Source: an uncultured Actinomycetes bacterium (GTDB lineage Bacteria > Actinomycetota > Thermoleophilia > Gaiellales > Gaiellaceae). From it: a stretch of 64,000 nucleotides of DNA. The notes beneath the pieces were generated by a model. That model saw only the letters and a program-made list of their open reading frames with translations, searched no databases and had not been told where the DNA came from. The translations under genes and the position numbers were made by a program. Location: the NCBI GenBank assembly GCA_963827725.1, contig CAWHBM010000003.1:173087-237086 (forward strand), read 5' to 3'. Position 1 is the first letter of the stretch. Each line of letters starts with the position of its first letter. Positions 56,771-63,663 of this stretch are shown piece by piece.

Positions 56771-57305
56771 CGACGAGCTCGTCCTCGGCTGGCGCAATTC
56801 CGAGTGGACCGGCATCGCGCCATTCCTCGAGGAGGACGTCGCCTTCTCGTCGATCGCCCAGAACGAGATCGGCCACGCGCGGGCGCTGTACCAGCTCGCC
56901 GCCGAGGAGCTGGGGACGACCGCCGACGAGCTCGCCTTCGACCGCAAGCCGGAGGAGTACCAATGCTCGAAGTTCGTCGAGCTCCGTTTCGTGCCCGACT
57001 GGGCGAAGACGATTGCGCGGCACTACCTCTACGAGCAGGCCGACGAACGGCGCATCCACGCGCTGATGGAGTCCGACGACGCCGAAGTCGCAGGCCTCGC
57101 GGCGAAGATCGACCGCGAAGAGGCATACCACCGGATGCACGCGCAGATGTGGTTCGACCGGCTGAAGGACGAGCCTCGGTTCATCGAAGCCGTCGAAGAG
57201 TTGCAGCCGTTGGTCGAGGAGCGGGGCGAGCACACACCCGAGTTCGCGGAGCTGTGGGACGAGATGACGATGGTGCGACGCTCGGTCGCGGGGGCGACGT
57301 GGTAA
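56733..57305 (+). CDS. paaC: 1,2-phenylacetyl-CoA epoxidase subunit C
   Basis: [43 protein letters not shown]. Confidence 0.85.
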   Translation: [190 protein letters not shown]

Positions 57306-57784
57306 CCGCCGAAGCCGTCTGGTCCGCGCTCGCGGAGATCCCAGACCCGGAGATCCCGCCGATCTCGATCGTCGACCTCGGCGTCGTACGCAGCGTTGCC
57401 GTCGAGAACGGAACCGTCCGAGTCGAGTTCACGCCGACTTTCCTCGGCTGCCCAGCGCTCGAGGTGATGCGCGACCAGATGGCCGACCGGATCCGCGAGC
57501 TCGGCGCCGAGCCGGAGGTGCGAGTGATCCTCGACGACTCGTGGTCGACCGACCGGATCACGCCCGAAGGTCGCGAGAAGCTCCGCGAGTCGGGTTTCGC
57601 CCCGCCTTCCCCACGAGAGGCCGGCGGCCCGCAGCTCGTCCAGCTCCAGAGCAAGTCGTTCCGGTGCCCGTACTGCAACTCGACCGAGACGCGTCTCGAG
57701 AACATCTTCGGCCCCACGCCGTGCCGCTCGCTCCGCTACTGCGAGAGCTGCCGCCAGCCGTTCGAGCAGTTCAAGACCATCTAG
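57299..57784 (+). CDS. paaD: phenylacetate-CoA oxygenase subunit PaaD (DUF59 + C-terminal Zn-ribbon Cys motif)
   Basis: GTG 57299. IPDPEIPPISIVDLGVV and CPYC...CESC. Confidence 0.85.
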   Translation: MVTAEAVWSALAEIPDPEIPPISIVDLGVVRSVAVENGTVRVEFTPTFLGCPALEVMRDQMADRIRELGAEPEVRVILDDSWSTDRITPEGREKLRESGFAPPSPREAGGPQLVQLQSKSFRCPYCNSTETRLENIFGPTPCRSLRYCESCRQPFEQFKTI

Positions 57785-57790
57785 CCAACC

Positions 57791-57864
57791 CTTAACAGGG
57801 TCTGACCCCGTAAACCTTTACAGGGTCTGACCCCGTGATCTTTACGGGGTCTGACCCCGTTAAG
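57791..57864. repeat. three tandem ~25-nt hairpin units, core GGGTCTGACCCC
   Basis: Cores lie at 57798-57809, 57823-57834 and 57847-57858. Each unit is TTAC/TAAC-(A/G)GGGTCTGACCCCGT. The array is flanked by CTTAAC ... GTTAAG. Confidence 0.85.
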
Positions 57865-57882
57865 AGGCGGTAGGTTTCCGGC

Positions 57883-58104
57883 GTGGCCAAGGTTTTGATC
57901 CAGTACTGCCCCGTCTGAGACAGCTACGACACACGGGCCGCGAGTCTCGCGGCCGAGCTGAACGACGAGACCGAGCACGAAGCGGGGATCGAAGAGGGCG
58001 CGAAGAGCCAGTACGACGTGCTCGCGGACGGTGAGCTGATCTTCTCCAAGCAGCACGAAGGACGGTTCCCGGAGCACTCGGAGATCCGCGCACTACTCGG
58101 GTAG
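57883..58104 (+). CDS. SelW/Rdx-family selenoprotein candidate (CxxU; UGA at 57916-57918 read as Sec)
   Basis: The reading is VAKVLIQYCPV-U-DSYDTRAASLAAELNDETEHEAGIEEGAKSQYDVLADGELIFSKQHEGRFPEHSEIRALLG-TAG. It matches the Rdx layout YCxxC/U...RA...G.y.V..dGelifSK...gRFPe..ei. It is absent from the ORF track because of the in-frame TGA. Confidence 0.65.
57921..57960 (+). other. bacterial SECIS-like stem-loop
   Basis: Upper stem GGCCGCG/CGCGGCC (57936-57942 / 57948-57954) with an AGUCU loop. Lower stem CAGCU/AGCUG (57921-25 / 57956-60). It begins 3 nt after the UGA. Confidence 0.5.
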
Positions 58105-58105
58105 C

Positions 58106-58417
58106 TCAGTGTCCGACGGAGAGAAAGAGCATCGCAACAAGCAGTAGAAGGGGAGCGACCGCCGCGGCAGGCCACACGAAGGGGCGCAAGCGAGCGCCCC
58201 GCGGTAGAGCGGCCAGGAGCAGACCGATGATGGTCGCGGCCACGATGGCGAGTGTCACGACGACGATGGTGGCTGCGCCCCCCTTGCTGGCGTGTTCCCA
58301 GCGAGAGACGTCACTGTTCCCGTAATACCCGTCGTTTCCGGAGGCGAAGAGCACGAGCCCGGCAAGTCCGGCCCCCAAAACGAGGGCGGTCACGACGTAT
58401 CTCATGTTTGCTATCAT
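58106..58417 (-). CDS. small 3-TM membrane protein (hypothetical)
   Basis: 103-aa ORF. An alternative start is ATG 58405 (MRYVVTAL). Divergent from the XRE regulator. Confidence 0.45.
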   Translation of the reverse strand: MIANMRYVVTALVLGAGLAGLVLFASGNDGYYGNSDVSRWEHASKGGAATIVVVTLAIVAATIIGLLLAALPRGARLRPFVWPAAAVAPLLLLVAMLFLSVGH

Positions 58418-58421
58418 AGCA
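58409..58421. promoter_or_regulatory. palindrome TGCTAT-C-ATAGCA between divergent genes
   Basis: Perfect 6-bp arms in the 14-26-nt gap between the membrane-protein gene and the XRE gene. Confidence 0.3.
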
Positions 58422-58431
58422 GAGGTGGTAT

Positions 58432-58716
58432 ATGCAGCCTGAAGCTTTCGAGCGGCTCCGCGAGCGCCTCGCGCACGTCGATCCCGACCAGGGGTGGTTC
58501 TTCGCCCGCGTCGCGAAGCAGGTCACGCAGCAGCGAAAGGCCCGCGGGCTCTCGCAAAAGGAGCTCGCCGAGTTGACCGGCACGACACAGTCCGCGATCG
58601 CGCGGCTCGAGTCTGGCGGGCGGCCCCCGCGCATCGATACCTTGCTACGCATCGCGGAGGCGCTCGACTGCGAGCTCGTCGTCGACCTGAAGCCGAGAGC
58701 CGCTAAGAGCCGGTGA
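58432..58716 (+). CDS. XRE-family helix-turn-helix transcriptional regulator
   Basis: AGAGGTGG RBS. HTH LSQKELAELTGTTQSAIARLESG. Confidence 0.8.
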   Translation: MQPEAFERLRERLAHVDPDQGWFFARVAKQVTQQRKARGLSQKELAELTGTTQSAIARLESGGRPPRIDTLLRIAEALDCELVVDLKPRAAKSR

Positions 58717-59473
58717 ACTCGGGCGGCCGCTTCTCGAGGAAAGCGGAGACGCCTTCCCGGAAGTCGTCCGTCTGAGTAGCTGCGGTCTGGAGCCCGGCCT
58801 CGAGCTCGAGCTGCTCCTCGAGAGTGTTGTGCGCCGCCTGGTCGAAGAGATGCTTGGTCATCCCCGCACCCCGGGTAGGCATCGCAGCGAGCTGCGCGGC
58901 GAGATCGGCCGTCCGCGCGACGAGATCATCGTCCTCCACGACCTCCGAGACGAGGCCCCAGGCCTGGGCCTCGGCCGCAGTGAGCTTCCGGCCCGAAGTC
59001 ATCCACTCGAAAGCGCGCGCGTAGCCGAGCAGGCGGGTAACGAAGAACGTCCCACCGGAGTCCGGCACGAGCCCGATGTTGATGAAAGCCGGCACGAAGC
59101 TCGCCGAGTCGGCGGCAATGCGGATGTCGCACGCGCAGGCAAACGAGAGCCCTGCTCCGGCGGCCGCTCCGTTCACGGCGGCGATCACCGGCTTCTCGAG
59201 CTGCCGGATCGCGAGCACGTTCGGGTGGTAGTTCTCGCGCAGGCGGCTGCCGATGTCGCCGGGCGCCTCGCGGAACTCGGACAGGTCCTGGCCGACGCAG
59301 AACCCACGTCCTGCACCGGTGAGGACGACCGCCCGCACGGCAGCGTCGGCGGCCTCTTCCAGCGCAGCGCCCAGGGCCTTGTGCATGGCCGCGTTGAAGG
59401 CGTTCAGGACCTCGGGGCGATTGAGCGTGATTGTCAGCACGCTTCCCTCGCGGCTTGTCTCCACCTCCGCCAT
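58703..59473 (-). CDS. enoyl-CoA hydratase/isomerase family protein (PaaG-like by context)
   Basis: Crotonase fold: VVLTGAGRGFCVGQDL, AAVNGAAAGAG, and a C-terminus FREGVSAFLEKRPPEF. Confidence 0.75.
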   Translation of the reverse strand: MAEVETSREGSVLTITLNRPEVLNAFNAAMHKALGAALEEAADAAVRAVVLTGAGRGFCVGQDLSEFREAPGDIGSRLRENYHPNVLAIRQLEKPVIAAVNGAAAGAGLSFACACDIRIAADSASFVPAFINIGLVPDSGGTFFVTRLLGYARAFEWMTSGRKLTAAEAQAWGLVSEVVEDDDLVARTADLAAQLAAMPTRGAGMTKHLFDQAAHNTLEEQLELEAGLQTAATQTDDFREGVSAFLEKRPPEFTGS

Positions 59474-59513
59474 CCGCCGCAGCCTACAAGCGCCTTGCTA
59501 GCTTCGAAGCCCC

Positions 59514-60482
59514 ATGCCGGAGCTGCATTTCATCGCGGAACCGCCAAACGAAACAGCGGCGCTCGACGCCTACTCGCGCGCGGTCACCTCGGTAGCGGAG
59601 CGGCTCGCTCCGTCGGTTGCAAGCCTGCGTGTCTCCCGCCGCGTTCGGGGAGGCCGACGGCTTGACGGAGGCGGGAGCGCCGTCGTCATCACACCTGACG
59701 GGTTCCTTCTCACGTCGGCGCACGTCGTCGCGCAGACCGACGGCTCGGGCCGCGCCTCGTTCGTCGACGGCAGCGAGCACGAGTTCACGCTCGTGGGCGC
59801 CGATCCGCTCTCGGACCTGGCCGTGCTTCGGCTCGACACGAACGGCCTCACGGCTGCGGAGCTCGGCGACGCGGATCGCCTGCGTGTCGGCCAGCTCGTG
59901 GTCGCAATCGGCAGCCCGCTCGGCTTCGGCGGAACGCTGACGGCAGGCGTCGTCTCGGCGCTCGGCCGCTCGTTGCCGGTTCCAGCGGGACGGGTCGTCG
60001 AGAACGTGATTCAAACCGACGCGGCGCTCAATCCGGGCAACTCCGGCGGAGCGCTCGCCGACGCAACCGCACAGGTGATCGGGATCAACACGGCGGTTGC
60101 CGGCCTGGGGCTTGGCCTGGCGGTGCCGATCGACGCGGCGACGCGCCGGATCATCGCTGCGCTCATGAGCGAGGGCCGCTTTCGACGCGCCTACATCGGC
60201 ATCGCCGGCGGCTCGCGGCCGCTTCCGCCCCGGCTCGCGTCCCGTCTGGGACGCCAGTCGGCGATCGAGGTCGTCGAAGTCGTCGACGGAAGCCCCGCCG
60301 ATGGTGCCGGCCTTCGGCCCGAGGATCTGATCGTCGCGCTCGACGGCGTCGCCGTCGAACAGGTGAACGATCTTCAGCGCCTGATGGCCGGCGAGCAAAT
60401 CGGTCGCACCGCCACGATGCAGGTCGTCCGCGGAGGCGAACCGATCTCGGTCGAGGTCGTCCCGGCCGAGCTCAGCGTCTGA
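59514..60482 (+). CDS. S1C (HtrA/DegP-like) trypsin-fold serine protease with PDZ domain
   Basis: TSAHVV (His), DLAVLR (Asp) and GNSGGAL (Ser) catalytic triad, plus a C-terminal PDZ-like region. There is no evident signal peptide. Confidence 0.8.
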   Translation: MPELHFIAEPPNETAALDAYSRAVTSVAERLAPSVASLRVSRRVRGGRRLDGGGSAVVITPDGFLLTSAHVVAQTDGSGRASFVDGSEHEFTLVGADPLSDLAVLRLDTNGLTAAELGDADRLRVGQLVVAIGSPLGFGGTLTAGVVSALGRSLPVPAGRVVENVIQTDAALNPGNSGGALADATAQVIGINTAVAGLGLGLAVPIDAATRRIIAALMSEGRFRRAYIGIAGGSRPLPPRLASRLGRQSAIEVVEVVDGSPADGAGLRPEDLIVALDGVAVEQVNDLQRLMAGEQIGRTATMQVVRGGEPISVEVVPAELSV

Positions 60483-60771
60483 GCGCGAACACCACACCGA
60501 CGAGGAAGGCCAGCCCGACGATGCGGTTGACGTCGACCGCCGGCACCCACCTCACGTCGCCGCCCTGGATCACGTAAGCGCCCACCGGCTTCGCCCCGAG
60601 ACCGAAGCCAGCGCCCCCGTCACCCTCGCTGTCGCCCCCTCCACCTCCGCCACCGCCGACCTTCGCGGCCGGAATGACGGTTACACCCTCGGACTCGATC
60701 GGATCGCCGTAGACACGCTTGACGGTAATCGCGTCCCTGGCACCTCCGAGCAGTTCATCGATGTTCGGCAT
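60472..60771 (-). CDS. GerW/YtfJ-family protein
   Basis: ATG 60771 follows a GGGAGG RBS. VYGDPIESEGVTVIPAAKVGGGGGGGG...PVGAYVIQGGDVRWVP. Confidence 0.65.
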   Translation of the reverse strand: MPNIDELLGGARDAITVKRVYGDPIESEGVTVIPAAKVGGGGGGGGDSEGDGGAGFGLGAKPVGAYVIQGGDVRWVPAVDVNRIVGLAFLVGVVFALRR

Positions 60772-60773
60772 CG

Positions 60774-61544
60774 TTACCTCCCTTTGAAATCTGGCTTGCG
60801 CTTTTCGAGGAAGGCGTTCAGGCCCTCCTTGGTGTCCTCGGACGCGAAGGCGAGATAGAGCAGCCGCCGCTCGTACTCGAGGCCGAGCTGAAGCGGTCCC
60901 TCGAACGACCTGTCGATTCCCTCCTTGGCGAGCCGCGTCGCGATGGGCGCCTTCGACGCGATCTCGTGCGCCACTTTCTTGGCCTCGTCTAGCCACGCGT
61001 CCTCGTCGACGACTCGCGCGACGAGGCCGGCTGCCAGCGCCTCCTGCGCGGACAGGAAGCGGCCGCTGAGGATCACGTCCATCGCCAGCGACTTCCCAAC
61101 GGCCCGTGTCAGCCGCTGGGTTCCGCCGGCGCCGGGAATCACGCCGACCCCGGTCTCCGGCTGGCCGAACTTCGCGGTCTCCGACGCGATGATCAGGTCG
61201 CAGGCCATGGCCAGCTCGCAGCCGCCGCCGAGGCAGTAACCCGAGACCGCGGCAACGAGCGGCGTCCAGAGCCCGCGGATCGCGTCCCAGCGCTCGATCC
61301 GCCGCTGGTAGTAGAGGTCGATCGCCGACGAGCGCGCCAGCTCGGCGATGTCCGCCCCCGCGGCGAAGGCTTTGTCGTTGCCGCCGAGGACGATGCAGCG
61401 AACGGCTTCGTCGCGGTCGAGCTCCTCGAGCGTGCCGACAAGTTGCTCCATCAGCTCGTCGGAGAGCGCGTTCAGCGCGTCGGGCCGGTTCAGAAGGACG
61501 ACCGCGACCGGACCGTCCCGCTCCCTAAGGACGAGCTCGCTCAT
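60774..61544 (-). CDS. enoyl-CoA hydratase (crotonase, PaaF-like by context)
   Basis: ATG 61544 (ATGA overlap). LNRPDALNAL, GGNDKAFAAGADI and SGYCLGGGCELAM. Confidence 0.8.
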   Translation of the reverse strand: MSELVLRERDGPVAVVLLNRPDALNALSDELMEQLVGTLEELDRDEAVRCIVLGGNDKAFAAGADIAELARSSAIDLYYQRRIERWDAIRGLWTPLVAAVSGYCLGGGCELAMACDLIIASETAKFGQPETGVGVIPGAGGTQRLTRAVGKSLAMDVILSGRFLSAQEALAAGLVARVVDEDAWLDEAKKVAHEIASKAPIATRLAKEGIDRSFEGPLQLGLEYERRLLYLAFASEDTKEGLNAFLEKRKPDFKGR

Positions 61545-62352
61545 TTCTCCTTGTCGAGAAAGCGGCGGATCGCGGCCTTCGGCTCCTCGGTCGCCATCGA
61601 CAGCGCGAGCCAGTCGCGGGCGTGGTTGATCGTCTCGTGCCAGGCGAAGTCCTTCCAGAAGTTCAGGTGCTGCTTCGCGTAGCGCGTCGTCTGCGGGAGC
61701 TTGCGCGCGAGGTTCTCGACCATTCGATCGACCTCCGCGTCGAGCTCGGCGGCGGGGACGACGCGGTTCACGAGCCCCCACTCCTCGCCTTGGCCGCCGG
61801 GATCTCCTCGCACATGAGGACGATCTCGCGAGCACGCCGATCGCCGACCATGATCGTCAGCCACTGCGTCGCACCGCCGGCGGGAACCGACCCGTGCTCG
61901 GGGCCGACGTGCCGGATGAAGGCGTCGTCGACCATGACCGCGAGGTCGCAGGCCATCTGGAACTCGTTCCCTCCGCCGACCGCGATGCCGTTGATCCGCG
62001 CGACGGTCGGCTTGCCGATCTCCCGCAGCCGATCGTGTGCGTCCTTGAAGGCGCCGAACCACTTCCAGTACTCGTTCGGCTTGTCGAGATAGTCGTCGCC
62101 CCAGGAGCTGAGGTCGGCACCGACGCAAAAGGCCCGGCCGGCTCCGGTCAGGACGACGACGCGGATCTCGTCGTCCCAGGAGGCATCCTCACACGCGCGC
62201 GCGAGCTCTCTGAGCATCTGGAAGTCGAACGCGTTGAGGATCTCGGGACGGTTGAACGTGATCGTCGCCCGCGGGGGAGCCTTCTCGTAGACGATCTTCT
62301 CGAAGCCGAGCTCGTCCGGCGAGCGCGGGCTCGGGTACGTGGGCTCAGTCAG
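61541..62352 (-). pseudogene. enoyl-CoA hydratase/isomerase family protein, apparent -1 frameshift near 61787; CTG start candidate
   Basis: FNRPEILNAF...LTGAGRAFCVGADL...NGIAVGGGNEF is in the first frame. EEWGLVNRVVPAAELD...FLDKEK is in the second. Length is 812 nt (3n+2). GGGAG-N5-CTG at 62362-62350, and GC3 rises sharply at the CTG. Confidence 0.7.
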
Positions 62353-62421
62353 TGGGACTCCCGGTGGGATTGGTGGATGCCAGGTTCGCGAGCACCAAGC
62401 CAGAGACTGCACTCGTCCGCG

Positions 62422-62442
62422 GCCAAGGCTAGAAGCCTTGGC
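62422..62442. other. perfect 9-bp hairpin GCCAAGGCT-AGA-AGCCTTGGC
   Basis: It lies in the intergenic region between the EthD stop and the hydratase start. There is no U-tract. Confidence 0.4.
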
Positions 62443-62509
62443 AAGGGCGAGGGCGGGCTCTGGCGCCGCGTGATCGCGGGCCTGGCGCCGCCGAATCTCG
62501 CCGGGATTC

Positions 62510-62794
62510 TCACGTGACTTCGGCGAAATGGACGTGGAATCGGACGCCCATCTCCATCGCGTCCTTGCCGGTTGCCATGAACTCCTCGGTTCGCGCCGCT
62601 GCCTTGAAGGCGTCCATGTCAGCGAACTCCCACTCGGCGTAGTAGCGGAACTGCGGCTCGCCCATCGGCGCCCCGAAGATCGGTCCATGCCGAAACGTCG
62701 AGCCGGGCACCTTGCGGCAGAGCTCGGCGTGCTGCTCATAGCGGCCGGAGTCCGGCTCGGACTCGTACACGACAAACGCTCTGACCATGCGCAC
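62510..62794 (-). CDS. EthD-domain protein
   Basis: 94 aa, dimeric alpha-beta-barrel type (FVVYESEPD...FHVHFAEV). Confidence 0.6.
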   Translation of the reverse strand: MRMVRAFVVYESEPDSGRYEQHAELCRKVPGSTFRHGPIFGAPMGEPQFRYYAEWEFADMDAFKAAARTEEFMATGKDAMEMGVRFHVHFAEVT

Positions 62795-62818
62795 TCCCTC
62801 TCGATTGACTGGGCGAGC

Positions 62819-63430
62819 CTACCGCGCCTGAGTGCGGAGGCCGACGTCCTCGAATGCCGCCTGGACAAGAGCGTCGTAGCGCTCGGCCTCGAGGTCGCCC
62901 AGCGGGTCGCGAGTGAAGCGGAGAAGCTCGCCGTACGGAAGCGAGAAAGCGGCGCGCATCGCCACCAGGCGGCGGCGCTCGGAGCTCTCCGGGTCGCCGA
63001 GCACCTTCGACGCTGCCGTCAGGCGACGGACGTGGTCGACTCGATCGGGAAGAGCGATGCCCAGCAGAAAGAGGGCCGGCAGGGCGAAGGTGATGAGGGC
63101 GAGCAGGTTGGCGAGCTGATGGGCTTTCTCCTCCCCTTGGATGCCGAGCTCGGCAAGGTTGCCGCCCGAGCCCTCACCTGCGTCCCGGAAACCGCGGGCC
63201 AGGTCGTCTCCCACGAGCGGCGCCGAGTCCACCGCGTCGGCGGCGGAGTCGAAACCGCTCTGGATCGACGAGCCCGCGCCGTGTACGCCCTCGCCCAGCA
63301 CAGCCAGGCCGTTTACGGCGTCGCGAACCTGGAGCGCAAGAAGCGCGAGCAGAACGAGGAGCAGGACCAGGAGGACGTCCTTCGCAAGCGTGGAAGCACG
63401 GCGCGACGGGATATCGGGATAAAAGCGCAT
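62819..63430 (-). CDS. membrane protein (hypothetical)
   Basis: 203 aa with two TM helices. I recognise no family. Confidence 0.4.
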   Translation of the reverse strand: MRFYPDIPSRRASTLAKDVLLVLLLVLLALLALQVRDAVNGLAVLGEGVHGAGSSIQSGFDSAADAVDSAPLVGDDLARGFRDAGEGSGGNLAELGIQGEEKAHQLANLLALITFALPALFLLGIALPDRVDHVRRLTAASKVLGDPESSERRRLVAMRAAFSLPYGELLRFTRDPLGDLEAERYDALVQAAFEDVGLRTQAR

Positions 63431-63515
63431 GCCTCAGCAATACCCACGGGGCCGGTTTCGGATCGCCGCGTACGTGGAATCACGAGGCTAACCTCGGAAA
63501 GGGGGTGACCCTCCT

Positions 63516-63593
63516 ATGAGTCTTATTTGGATCATCCTGATCGTCGTGCTCGTTCTCCTGCTGCTCGGTTTCTTCAGCCGCGGCCGCTTGTAG
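63516..63593 (+). CDS. 25-aa hydrophobic peptide (lmo0937/DUF3309-like small membrane protein)
   Basis: AAAGGGGG RBS. MSLIWIILIVVLVLLLLGFFSRGRL. Below the track length cut-off. Confidence 0.45.
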   Translation: MSLIWIILIVVLVLLLLGFFSRGRL

Positions 63594-63616
63594 GACCGGC
63601 AGAGCGCTGAACTAGG

Positions 63617-63638
63617 CCGCCCGGCCCTTGCCGGGCGG
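63617..63638 (+). terminator. hairpin CCGCCCGG-CCCTTG-CCGGGCGG after the small peptide gene
   Basis: 8-bp perfect stem starting 24 nt after the stop. The U-tract is weak. Confidence 0.35.
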
Positions 63639-63663
63639 TCGCCTGGTCCGGCACTGTTAGAGG

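Noticed and set aside
57791-57864. CRISPR array
   Set aside because: There are only three units. They are directly abutting with no unique spacers, the repeats are about 25 nt, and there are no cas genes in the window.
2691-61787. Frame breaks as programmed ribosomal frameshifts, or as linked to the CTCGAG strings seen near several of them
   Set aside because: I saw no slippery heptamers or downstream pseudoknots. The sites differ in sequence. CTCGAG simply encodes the very common Leu-Glu in this GC-rich genome, and two clear breaks (2691, 14960) lack it.
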